Below the pieces are notes generated by a model. It worked only from the letters and a program-made list of their open reading frames with translations, made no database searches and was not told the DNA's origin. Shown here one piece after another: positions 13,396 through 25,130 of a DNA stretch of 64,000 nucleotides (the stretch's first letter is position 1; the number at the start of each line of letters is the position of its first letter). The position numbers were made by a program, and so were the translations under genes. Source of the stretch: Octopus vulgaris (taxonomy: Eukaryota); contig OX597820.1 in the NCBI GenBank assembly GCA_951406725.2, forward strand, positions 118,916,001 to 118,980,000, in the 5' to 3' direction.

Positions 13396-13397
<2 letters not shown>
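13238..13397. mobile_element. 160-bp MITE-like element with perfect 32-bp TIRs
   Basis: AACGTAAAGTATACTAGCCATCTCAATATGGC (13238-13269) and its exact reverse complement (13366-13397). No clear TSD. Confidence 0.85.
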
Positions 13398-13491
<94 letters not shown>

Positions 13492-13802
13492 TGAATTCGG
13501 AGGTACTGGTTACTGGATGTATGTTCAAATGTTTAGAGTGCCCTCAACTTAAAAATTTTGAAGTGGAAATGGGGTTTTTGCATTGTTCATATCTATCTAA
13601 CTCCGAAACGCGTCCACAGGTAATCTAAGTCGAATGAATTCGTTATTTTTTCTCTGTGCCTACGTGAGATGTTGAGTATTGTTGTCAGGGAGATTTTCTC
13701 ATGGTAGATAAATAGGTAGTTTTGGCTGCTATTTCTAAATTTCGGTATGTGGTGAGGCAAATCTTTTACTTAATCCTAATTATAATTATACTCATAATTA
13801 TA

Positions 13803-13866
<64 letters not shown>

Positions 13867-13973
13867 ATATATGTGTCTATGTGTGTGTGTGTATATATAA
13901 ACACACACATGTATACCTACATCTATATATACAAACACACATGTATACCTATATCTGTCTATCTATCTATCGA

Positions 13974-14015
<42 letters not shown>

Positions 14016-14019
14016 TAAA

Positions 14020-14146
14020 GTTAATCCAAACATAAAAACACAAAGGGAAACACAACAACGCAAGGACGTGGAACAAGTATAGTGTTATTGGACACTCAGG
14101 AAAGGAAAGAAAGAAGGAGCATTTAACGTTTCGAGCGGAGCTCTTC

Positions 14147-14149
<3 letters not shown>
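14020..14149 (-). mobile_element. Penelope-like terminal-repeat fragment (same family as 9270-9452), truncated in the hammerhead core
   Basis: Shares GGACGTGGAACAA..GGAC.CTCAGGAAA..AACGTTTCGAGCGGAGCTCTTCGTC; flanked by (TA)n and (TC)n. Confidence 0.7.
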
Positions 14150-14195
<46 letters not shown>

Positions 14196-14253
14196 GATGT
14201 AATATGCATGTATATATATATATATATATATAAAAATATATATAAATAAATAA

Positions 14254-14289
<36 letters not shown>

Positions 14290-15257
14290 GCATTCATGCA
14301 GGCGGGTATGCACACACACACACATCTGTGAGTGTGTGTAAATTCCTCTTAACCATTATTTATTGTTATTTTTAACTATTTAAGATGTGCCATAAATCAT
14401 TGCTATGATACATAACTCGTTATTACTTTACAGATAAGTGCAAATGACTTATAGCGATAGTAAGAGTTAGAAGTACAGAACCGTTCATAAACAAGGGATA
14501 AACCAATAAAATCTAACCTTTATTAGATATTTTATACAATATTTTCTTTCTTATTTTGTCATATGCTTTAACTTTTTAGTTATGTTTAATATTTTTAAAT
14601 GTTTGTCTGCGATAAAATATAATTTGGTGCGTAAATTTTGAAGCTACAATTTAGTTACCACATTCCGACAGAAACGAGAAATGGCAACTATAAAAGCCAG
14701 CCTGCTACAACATCGTAAATTTTGAAGAAAAAAAAATGGAATATTTGGTAAGGAGAACAAATGGAAGGGGATATCATAAGAGAGTGCAACATGAGGAAGA
14801 AGATAGAATCAAAATGGCCATGTAGATAATATATTGAATTATCAATTTATTGGTATTGCGCTTGTTATTGTTGGTGTTTAACCCCTGGTCATCTCTTATC
14901 GAATTACATTGTTCAACGTAATTTGCTATTTTTTCTGTAAGAAAATATGGTGTCATAGGAAGGGAAATGGGTGCTTATGTCTAGCAAGTGGCAAGACACC
15001 GTAAACATGCCATCCTTGCAGATATTTGGTTTCTGTTCTTTACAAGATACAAAATTATAAGTGATTATATATATACATGTACTTTCAGGCGTGCTTACAT
15101 GCAAGTACACATATACACGCACATGCGTACATACACACGCAAATCCGTATATACATTCATACATACGTAAATCGGTACACACATGCACACACATACATAC
15201 ATACATACATACATGCATACATACATACATACATACATGCATACATACATACATACA

Positions 15258-15291
<34 letters not shown>

Positions 15292-15313
15292 CATACATAC
15301 ATACATACATACA

Positions 15314-16461
15314 TGGACCAAGCATGGTATGCGTTTGCAATCTAGGAACAGGAAATATCAACCAAGAACCTGATGCACAAAAAGGAGAGAAATGCAGGAA
15401 AAGCAGTAAAATCTGACAACCGATGCAGACTTTGTGGAGTTCACACTGAAGATATCACCCACATCATAAGCTGCTATTCGAAAATGACATCACTGTATTA
15501 TCTACCGAGGAGACATGATACTGTAGCTAGGACACTCTATAATGAAATCTGTCGGAACGATAATCCCGAGGACAAAGAAATAAGAACACACAATATATAA
15601 TAATAATAATAATAATAATTGTGTACAGTGCTCAGGTGCACTACAACTCATCTAAAGTGTATATATAATCAGGTGTAGTTTCGACGGATTTCGGAAAGCA
15701 TGAGGGCCTTAAAGGATGCAGTGTCATGGCAGTCAACAACTGATGCAGGCAGTTTATTCCACGCTTCAGCAACCCTGAGCGTGAAAAAATGTTTCCGAAA
15801 GTCATGGGAGCTGTATTGTTTTCTGACTTTGTAGAAGCCATAGCTACTCATAATAATAAAAAGGAATACTGGTGGAAGGTCCCAGTGGAGACCTCAATAA
15901 AATGTAATCACACCAGACCTGATATAATGATTTGGGATAGAGAAGAGAAACTGTGCACAGTTGTGGAAATTAGCTGTCCAGTGGATGTTAACATAAAGCT
16001 GAAGATCAGTGAAAAAGAGCACACCTATGCTGAACTATTGAGTTACTCTATCCAGATTGTAAGTTCAGGTTAACTCTATCCAGATTACAAGTTCAGGTTT
16101 ATGCCTGTAATTATTGGGGCCCTGAGATATGTAACACACTGCCTAAATACTAATCTTGAGAAACTAGGCTTCGCAAAACCAAAAAGGAGAAAGCAAATTC
16201 GAAAGCTACAAATCCAAGAATCACTGGAACTGTAAAAATCTGTAAAACTTTCCAGAAGTTAATCATTTAAATATATATTAGTATGTCTAGATACGCAACT
16301 ATATGCATGAGAATACATACATAAATTATACAAATTTGTACATACAAACATTAATACATACATGCATACATACATACATACATGCATACATACATACATA
16401 CATACATACATACATACATACATGCATACATACATACATATATACATACATACATACGTAC

Positions 16462-16492
<31 letters not shown>

Positions 16493-16526
16493 CGTACATA
16501 CATCCATCCATACATACATACATACA

Positions 16527-16558
<32 letters not shown>

Positions 16559-16671
16559 AACAAAAATACCATGTTGTTGATGTTGAAATTCCAATGAAGG
16601 AGCTTTGGATCCAGGTTAGAAACCGATTCTCTCTCTATTGGCAAGAAATTTTGAAATAAACTAAACAATGA
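15314..16671 (+). mobile_element. R4/Dong-clade (RLE) LINE, 5'-truncated, with 3' UTR
   Basis: CRLCGVHTEDITHIISC, RRHD.VA, YWW, RPDIMIWDREEK.C.VVEISCP (PD..E restriction-like endonuclease). Has stops, a 28-bp tandem duplication at 16045-16100, and a nested CR1 insertion. Confidence 0.9.
15598..15832 (-). mobile_element. 5'-truncated CR1-type LINE 3' end nested in the R4/Dong element
   Basis: RKHFFTLRVAEAWNKLPASVVDCHDTASFK fits the CR1 terminal FF..RV...WN.LP..VV.....FK pattern; (ATT)n tail. Confidence 0.85.
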
Positions 16672-16772
16672 CATACATACACGCATGCATGATTATTAAT
16701 ATACATTCGTATAATATAAACACACACATATAAGTAAATAAAAATGTTTTGCTTTCAAATATGTTCCTCTTC

Positions 16773-17110
16773 TTTTATCATTTATTAGTTTCATTGCGAG
16801 AGTTGTGGCCATGCTGGGGCATCACCGTAAGCTTTGCTACGCTTTCACTATTTGAAACCTACTTTGATATGTGGAACTTGTGAATGAGGGAGTTTAATGT
16901 TGCTGCCATCATATGCGTTTCCTGCCGAGTGGTAGGTTCATCGCGAACTCTATAGGAAGAGATATAATTTTGTTTTTGAGACATCTACCTCCACCGCATA
17001 TAGAACTCTCGTACTTTTGGCAAGGATATTGAAGAGCTGTGGGCCCTTGAAACCCATGCTGTTGCAGTGTCTGGTCCTGTTTCCTGATGGCGATGTACTT
17101 TCTTAACGCA
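16773..17110 (-). mobile_element. CR1-group LINE 3' end whose tail matches the SINE B tail
   Basis: TRHCNSMGFKGPQLFNIL...VDVSKTKL.LFL / V.DEPTTRQETHMMAATLNSLIHK, followed by GGTGATGCCCCAGCATGGCCACAAC..TGAAACTAATAAATGATAAAA. Confidence 0.8.
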
Positions 17111-17270
17111 TAAAGCACGACGGGTCACGATCGTGGCCGCCAGGCACAGGTCGAGAGGCCACGATTGTGGCCTAGATACATGCATTTAATTTATGGCCAT
17201 TTGTTTGGGTCTAATGTCACTCAAATGCTCCGATACTCCCCAGAATGCAAGAGGACTAAATATTTCAACT

Positions 17271-17656
17271 GGGGGAAGCACTCCGTCGGTTACGACGACG
17301 AGTGTTCCGGTTGATCCGGATCAACGGAACAGCCTGCTCGTGAAATTAACGTGTAAGTGGCTGAGCACTCTACAGACACGTGTACCCTTAACGTAGTTCT
17401 CGGGGATATTCAGCGTGACACAGAGAGTGACAAGACCGGCCCTTTGAAATACAGGTACAACAGAAACAGGAAGTAAGAGTGAGAGAAGGTTGTGGTGAAA
17501 GAGTACAGCAGGGATCACCACCATCCCCTGCCGGAGCCTCGTGGAGCTTTTAGGTGTTTTCGCTCAATAAACACTCACAACGCCCGGTCTGGGAATCGAA
17601 ACCGCGATCCTATGACCGCGTGTCCACTGCCCTCACCACTGGGCCATTGCGCCTCC
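17271..17656 (-). mobile_element. SINE family C, full length (tRNA-derived; possibly related to octopus OR-type SINEs)
   Basis: Head GGAGGCGCAATGGCCCAGTGG...GGTTTCGATTCCC; 16-bp TSD ACTAAATA(T/G)TTCAACT at 17255 and 17657. Confidence 0.92.
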
Positions 17657-19399
17657 ACTAAATAGTTCAACTAATGAGTTTTAAGATGATGTAAAACTTG
17701 CGACCATTGTATACTAAGAAGATATACTAACTATTGTTTGTGTTTTTTTTGTGTGCATGTTTGTTTCAGTTTCCTAAAATGTGTTCAGCAGTGTTTTATG
17801 GGTTAATGATACACGTTTAGTTTGTGTCGATGTCGTTTACTACCTCACAATAGGAATGTTTATAACATAGGGAAAACCCCAAGCATTGGGGCGAACTGGC
17901 TGCCACTTATATAGCATACAATACTTTACAAGTTTATTTTATCGATTTGGACATGATGAAAGCAAAGTCAACTTCAACAGAAGTTAAACTTTAAACCTAA
18001 TGAGACGCTACTAACTACTTGCAAGGAATTTTGGTCGACACATTAAAGATGCTGCTCATCTGATGCATCAGATAATGATTTCTAAATTAGGTAGAGTGCC
18101 ACAGATTTTACATTTAACCTTCGCAGGATTTTAGGTTACAATTGGTCGGATTTCAACCAAAGTTTTATACTCAGAAACTGGAATGAGTTCTGTTATTTGT
18201 ATGGTTCGTGGGTGCCAGTTCAAACGTTTTGGCTATGTTGTTCAATTTTCCGAGTTAGACTCTGCAACGCGATGCAACGGCGCATTTCCCCCCACACCTA
18301 ACCTGACAGCCGTTGGAATATTTACATGAAAAATGTATTTTTGAGCGCGAGAAATCAGAATGTAGCATGTTTTAGATAAATTTTTATTGCAATTCTTAGG
18401 GACCATGTATAGGTAGGTGTCCCTCTAACTATTCAAATTGAGACGGCTGTTCTGCACATTTGGTGCTTAGCTGTTAATCAACGTTATAAAGAAGAGCAGA
18501 TTAGAGAAAGAGAGTGAGCGAGGGGGCAGAGAAAGCGGAAGGAAGAGAGAAGTAAGAGAAAGCGGGGAGAAGGGTATATTTCAGACGATTTCATTCTTTT
18601 TAAGGAAGAATTAATTCCAAGAATTTAGCTTTTGAACTGGAATATTAACAGTGAAAATGAAGTGAAAAGGAAAGAATGCATCAATGGGAGGTGATGGATA
18701 GAGAGAACATTACGGAGCAGGTAAGCAGGGAATATTGTGTTTACGGTAGAATAGACAACGAAAAGAGAGTAAGCTGCTTTAGAGCCAGTATCATCTGGGA
18801 TGATGATATTGAAAAAGAAAGCAATTCTTGGTTGACAGAGCAGGGTTTCTGTCACAAATGCGAAAACTGCATTGCTTTTCTCAAAGCTCAATGAAACGTC
18901 ATTACTGTTTAATACTCTGCTTTCTATAAGTCTAAGGCTCTTGGTTACGTGACATATGATACGACAATTGTCATGCTGATGAGGGCTGTTGCGACAGAAA
19001 CATCTTCGCACGACTGTCCTTTATTCCCAGACCATAAGGGTGTCATATTTGGAAATTTCTTGAATCTTGACATTATCTCCCCTTCTCAAGTGCAGGTGGT
19101 CATAATCACCATTTGGTAATTATGGTACATCCTCTAGAGGCGGTAATAATTTTAATATATATATATACATATTGTCCTTGTTTTGTATACATTCGAAGCT
19201 TTCTTCCAAGGAATCTAATGCGCTTAGCTTAAGTTTTTCCTTGGGGCTGGCCAGATTGGAGCAATCCCAAGATTAATCAGCCGAATTTGCGAGGATGATC
19301 CGGTTCTTGACTGAAGATTGAAGGCTTCGAATGTCCCGTCCGTGTTTTTTTGTATCGTCTTCAAAATGTTTTGCGTTCTTGTCCCAGTTTGTATTTTTT

Positions 19400-19475
<76 letters not shown>

Positions 19476-19613
19476 CGGAGATGTACTCGCATAGCAAATA
19501 ATTTGATCTGAGATCGTGTGCTGAAACGAAAACAATTGCAGCGTGGGAGGTGTTTATAAGCCATTTAAGAAACACACAAAAGCCGTTCGATTCACTCCAA
19601 CATTTAAGTTTAA

Positions 19614-19663
19614 TTTGTCAAAATAGTTTCGTCGCTAAAATCCGCGACCTGTTCACTGACAAA
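19614..19663 (-). ncRNA. Minimal type I hammerhead-like ribozyme with G3-C8 core variant
   Basis: TTTGTCA-GTGAACA-G-GTCGC-GGATTTTA-GCGAC-GAAA-CTAT-TT-TGACAAA: 7-bp stem I and 5-bp stem II. Lies in insert 19471-19676 between (TA)n runs. Confidence 0.7.
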
Positions 19664-19672
19664 AATCCGGGC

Positions 19673-19736
<64 letters not shown>

Positions 19737-20390
19737 TATGTTGCTTATATATTTTAAATTACTCACCAAAATGTATGTATTTACATATCTCAGTGTCTTT
19801 GTGTAATGCGTGGGTGTACAAATTCCTGATTTTTAAATACCTTAAAATGTGCTTCCTTTTGGTTGTAAAATATCAGAAATTATCATATGTAGCAATAACG
19901 TCAGAAATTTTACTTCTACGATTAAATAGCAAATAATTATCTCCTGCTTGCAGAAACGCAAATAACTGAATAAATAGCGAACGGGACACAAACGTAAATA
20001 GGCTGAATAAACCATGAAAGCTATACAAATAGATAAACAACGGAATATATACAATATATTTATCTTTACCGAATATTTTTATGTATTTTAAAGAATAATA
20101 AGTATGCAAATATTTGGCAGGCAAATATTTAGACGTATATTTAGACAAATATTTTGAAAAATATGTTTTATGAATTTCTGTATGTTAAATTTACAGCGAC
20201 AAACTTTCATATTCTGGTTGAGAAATCTCGCGAAAGAATTGTTGATCGAATACATGATGAATTGTTTAATGGAATTGTGAATCAATGTGGCTATTTTGGT
20301 TTCAGTATGTATCACAAAACATCCTAGCTAATACCTTATAGAAATATGACATTTTCTCATCGCTGCCTGATACCAATGATGTCATTTCTA

Positions 20391-21050
20391 AGACGGTGAG
20401 CTGGCAGAATCGTTAGCACGCCGGGTGAAATTCTTAGTGATATTCCGTCTGACTTTACGTTCTGAGTTCAAATTCCGCCGAGGTCGACTTTGCCTTTCAT
20501 CCTTTCGGGGTCGATTAAATAAGTACCAGTTACGCACTGGGGTCGATATAATCGACTTAATCCGTTTGTCTGTCCTGGTTTGTCCCCTCTATGTTTAGCA
20601 CCCTGTGGGCAATGAAGAAATAAATATTGGTTGCTCAATCTAACGCGGCGAGCTGGCAGAAACGTTAGCACTCCGGGCGAAATGCTTAGCGGTATTTCGT
20701 CTGCCGCTATGTTCTGAGTTCAAATTCCGCCGAGGTCGACTTTGCCTTTCATCCTTTCGGGGTCGATTAAATAAGTACCAGTTACGCACTGGGGTCGATA
20801 TAATTGACTTAATCCGTTTGTCTGTCCTTGCTTGTCCTTTCTGTGTTTAGCCACTTGTGAATAGTAAAGAAACAAAGACAGACACACGGATTAAGTCGAT
20901 TATATCGACCCCAGTGCGTAACTGGTACTTAATTTATCGACCCCGAAAGGATGAAAGGCAAACTCGACCTCGGCGGAATTTGAACTCAGAACGTAACGGC
21001 AGACGAAATACGGCTACGCATTTCGCCCGGCGCGTTAACGTTTCAGCTAA
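20391..21050. mobile_element. Cluster of three SINE A copies (+ 20391-20622, + 20645-20872, - 20870-21050)
   Basis: Near-identical family A bodies; the second and third copies are inverted with almost no spacer. Confidence 0.92.
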
Positions 21051-21135
21051 TGTAGATATCCATAAGTCCGCCAGGTTAAGCTCCAAAATTTTGGACAGCT
21101 TAATATAAATACAACACATATTATATGCAATGATA

Positions 21136-21543
21136 GGATCTTTTCGGTTTGAACGGCAGCTTTTAACATAATTTCTAGGTAATTAAAAAATTGTAAACTT
21201 CGTATACTGGTAGAATGTGTTTATAAAACATCATTTTCTCTTGGCTTTATTGAGAAAATTCTATAGTTTGTAAGATATTTGTTGTTTTGTTTCTTCAATT
21301 TCTGCAATTTCAACCAATCAATGACGTCCATTGAGGTAAACAACATTCTGTGCCGTATGAATATGTCCCTCGTTTAAGAAACAGATTGAGTTTATTTACA
21401 TTTGTGAAGAAAAAAAAGATACCCTTACCCTAACCCTAACTAACCCTATTGAAATGCAATAGATCGATTCTAGGGTCATAATTATGGGTGACAATTTCAT
21501 ATGATACCGCTTGAAAAAACTGCCGTTCAAGCCGAAAAGATTC
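21136..21543 (+). mobile_element. MITE family D, full copy
   Basis: TIRs GGATCTTTTCGGTTTGAACGGCAG / CTGCCGTTCAAGCCGAAAAGATTC; internal CCCTAA repeats. Confidence 0.9.
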
Positions 21544-21563
21544 TAAATACAACACATACTATA

Positions 21564-21796
21564 TATTTCTTTATTGCCCACAAGGGGCTAAACATAGAGA
21601 GGACAAACAAGGACAGACAAACGGATTAAGTCGGTTACATCGATCCCAGTGCAAAACTGGTACTTTTATTTATCGGCCCCGAAAGGATGAAAGGCAAAGT
21701 CGACCTCGGCGGAATTTGAACTCAGAACGTAACGACAGACGAAATACCACTAAGCATTCCGCCCGGCGCGCTAACGTGTCTGCCAGCTCGCCGCCT
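21564..21796 (-). mobile_element. SINE family A
   Basis: Full reverse-complement copy. Confidence 0.92.
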
Positions 21797-22816
21797 TTAA
21801 GTAACTGATAAACTTGCGTACAATGTTAATGGTCAGTTACTTGACATTTGAACCTGCCGTACGACTCCTATTATCATTTAGTTCGGCTGTTCGTCTGAAA
21901 CATTCTTCTATTTCATTGATATTTTTTGCTTAAAACAATAAACAATTAAACAACACGAATGCTACTTCATCTTGTTTTGATTTTAAATAAAGTATAAATT
22001 CGTGATCTTAATGTAAAATAATTGGGTTTTTTTTCGTTTGATTTTAAATACAAAATAACAATTATATTTCCTTGTGTTATATATCTAAATACAAAATAAC
22101 AACGTAGAAAGACTGAAAATTAATTTAATAAGTGTCCTGACATATTTTTATGTATACGCTTTCACAAAATGTGAGAACATCGCTACACCTCTGCATACAT
22201 ACATGATAAATATACTAATATATGCAATTTCTTTATTTTTTTTAATATTCATATCACTTAACGCAAAATGCCTTTTTTCTGGCTTTGTTTTTGGTTTCTT
22301 CACACAAATGAATTGCATTTAGTGTGATAATTGGATAATTAGCATGCAGAAGAATGAATGCTGATTGATATAAAAGAACTTGAAATGAAAGTCTTTTATA
22401 ATAGTTTTAAATTTCGTCCAATTTTTTTTCTGATTTCAAACACAACGCAACCGCTTCGATGCCTTTACATCACAGTTGGGTTAATTAAATAGAAAACGCA
22501 GTGATATATTATCTATCAAGAAAATGAAAAAAAAAAAGACAAAAAACAGTTACGTCTCCCAAAAGAAAATAGATAAAACATAAACAGATACTAGTTCAGA
22601 CGCGCTTACATGTTGTGTGTATGGGCGGTGGTGGTCGTGGTGGATAAGGTTGTGTGAAAATATAAACTATGGTACAAACGAGTTTATCGTGGACAAATGT
22701 AAAGGCAGGTAGGTCGTTATTGTGAAGAACGAAATATTTTGAGGGTACAAACATTTTTCTCTCACATTTACTGGAATATGGGTCGTAGGACAACACCCCA
22801 TACATACATACATACA

Positions 22817-22850
<34 letters not shown>

Positions 22851-22852
22851 CA

Positions 22853-23044
22853 CATTATTTACTTTATTTATATTTGATGGATATTTGTCCTCATCTTGTT
22901 TGTTAACACAACGTTTCGGCTGATATAACCTCCAGCCTTCATCGGGTGTCTTGGGGAAACTTCGAACCTAGGTTCCCATTCCTAGGGTATTTTTTGATGT
23001 TGTTGTTGTTGTCATTATTATTATTACTGTTGTTGTTGTTGTTG

Positions 23045-23109
<65 letters not shown>

Positions 23110-23197
23110 GTTATTATTATCATTATTCAGGTCACTGCCTGGAGCCGAACTCGGAATATTGGGGTTAGTAGTCCATGTTCTTAATCACTACGCCATT
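22853..23197 (-). mobile_element. tRNA-headed SINE-like element with internal (TAA)n and 3' hammerhead-like motif (22905-22950)
   Basis: Minus strand: TGGCGTAGTGATTAAG..GAGTTCGGCTCC head, (TAA/CAA)n, GACAC-CCGATGA-A-GGCTG..CAGCC-GAAA-CG-TT-GTGTT, then an AT-rich tail. Confidence 0.7.
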
Positions 23198-23274
23198 GAT
23201 ATAATGATTGCATAACTTGGTGCTTCAAATTAAGTACCTAATTCAACTGAATCTCAATTATTTCTTAGATATAT

Positions 23275-23351
<77 letters not shown>

Positions 23352-23353
<2 letters not shown>

Positions 23354-23747
23354 TTTATATATAAAAGAGAGGTTGTGTGCTGTCTGTCTCCTACGATTTA
23401 GATTCCTAACTACTCCCACATTTTGCGGTGCAGTTTAACCAAAACCGAGTATCTTATAGTCGTGATTCATATCGAGCCCTTCTGGGTATTAGCGCGCGTC
23501 TACGATGAGTCTACGATTTAAAAAGATATTTACCATCAATTTTTCCCATTTTTAATGCATTTTTGGCATATATAAGGGAAGTAACTCTCTAAAAATTTAT
23601 TATTAAATCTCAGAACGTAAAAAGCTAAGGTAACACCCCCCCTTTGTGGTTAGCCATATTGCGATGGCTATTATACTTTACATCTCTAAAAATGCTTATA
23701 TAGTTATTTCCCTTAGAAACCCGAGCAACGCCAGGCGATACTGCTAG
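23352..23747 (+). mobile_element. Non-autonomous Helitron copy H3 (full)
   Basis: A|TC...hairpin...CTAG|T with no TSD: canonical Helitron termini and AT target. Confidence 0.9.
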
Positions 23748-24608
23748 TATATAATAACAACGAAAAATACCTTAGGAATGACAACCCAGTAATTGTCTAT
23801 AAAGGAGGCTGGGTAGGGGAAGACCGTAAATCAAGATGTTAGTTACCAGTTAAAGGGTCAAGACGCTAATAAAATCTATGATGTTATAACAGAGGAATGT
23901 TTCAAGGGGTACAATGGATGAATGTATATAAACAATATTATTTTGTATCAAAATACAATTTAAGATTACTAAAAATGATAGTAAAACCAAAATCGATAAA
24001 CTGTGTATATATACAAATTTTCAACATTAGAAAAGGAGGATTACATAGAATTATTCTAATATTCATTCCTGTACTTAATTATTTACTTATAAGGTTGGTT
24101 TCTATAAAGATTGCTCTGGGTATTTACTTATGTGATCCTGGGGCGTTAAATCTTGCTATCTTTATTTTAGTTGTAAGCTAAAAATCAGAAAAAATTGGAA
24201 AATAAGTTGTGCACAGACACATACACATATTTAACTATGTGCATACATTCAAATATCCACAGATATTTGTACTTCATTATGGGTATGTTAGAATCATCTC
24301 TTCTAGGCTTACGTAACTAAAAAGTTTATATTTCTCTATTAGAGAAATATATATATATATATATAGTAGAAATATGTTACGAAAAGAAAATATAAAATAC
24401 ACGCGGAAATGTAAGGGTAAAATATGAAAAATCAACGAAAATGCATATTGCAAATAGAAAAAGGCTATTTATGACAGGTAGTGACAAATATATACATTTA
24501 GATTGACTGAGGTAGTAATACGAGTCATAAAAGTCATTATTATAAAATGATAATAAAGTAAGAGGACAAAACGAACCAATAGTTTACGCGAAGGTTATTC
24601 ATCGTTTG

Positions 24609-24639
<31 letters not shown>

Positions 24640-24699
24640 TATATTAATAAATAAAACATATGCATATATATACATATATGTACGAACCTACCTCTACAT

Positions 24700-25130
24700 G
24701 TATATAAACACGCATATATGAGTACAGGACACAAAAAAAAAAGCCGAACACAATGAGAAACGAAAACATAGACACAAACCCAAGGAACTGGACATTTTTC
24801 TTAAACAACAAAAAAATAAATAAATAGAGTACAGGACAAATAACACAAGGAAAATTCCCCTTCTTCAGTCGCCATGGTTTCATTTACTCTACGTTTCGAA
24901 GGTGAAGGCGAGACGTATCTTCGATAGAAACTTTCCTTCCTGCGAAAAGCAAATCAAATAAAATTTGAGATCTTTTTGCAGAGGGGTAAAAATGGTAACA
25001 AAAACAGGACAGTAACGACAGTACAAAATATAAGCAGTAAAAGACAGGACAAGGAAAATAACAAGACAAGAAGGGCTGTAAACGCCGAACGAAAAATGTA
25101 TTACGAACGATAGTCATTTGGAGTCTTCCG
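24700..25130. mobile_element. Unclassified (TA)n-associated repeat fragment, probably Penelope-related
   Basis: Same layout as 34855-35290 (A-rich run, CCCTTCTTC...TTTCGA, AAATAAAATTTG.GAT...GAGGG...GTAACAAAAACAGGACAG). Confidence 0.45.

Noticed and set aside
13555-13620. CGAAACGCGTC, a PLE-hammerhead-like 3' half
   Set aside because: No recognisable upstream CTGANGA or stem I.
17321-17524. 67-aa ORF repeated at 30005 and 41879 that looks like a small gene family
   Set aside because: Lies wholly inside SINE family C; its recurrence reflects SINE copy identity.
18971-19008. CTGATGA...GAAA hammerhead-like string
   Set aside because: No stem I pairing, no palindromic stem III and single copy; probably chance.
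24855-24935. Possible permuted hammerhead (GAAACGTA...CTGAAGA on the minus strand); similar strings near 19275-19330 and 35000-35060
   Set aside because: Stem I cannot be formed in these copies; a family consensus would be needed.
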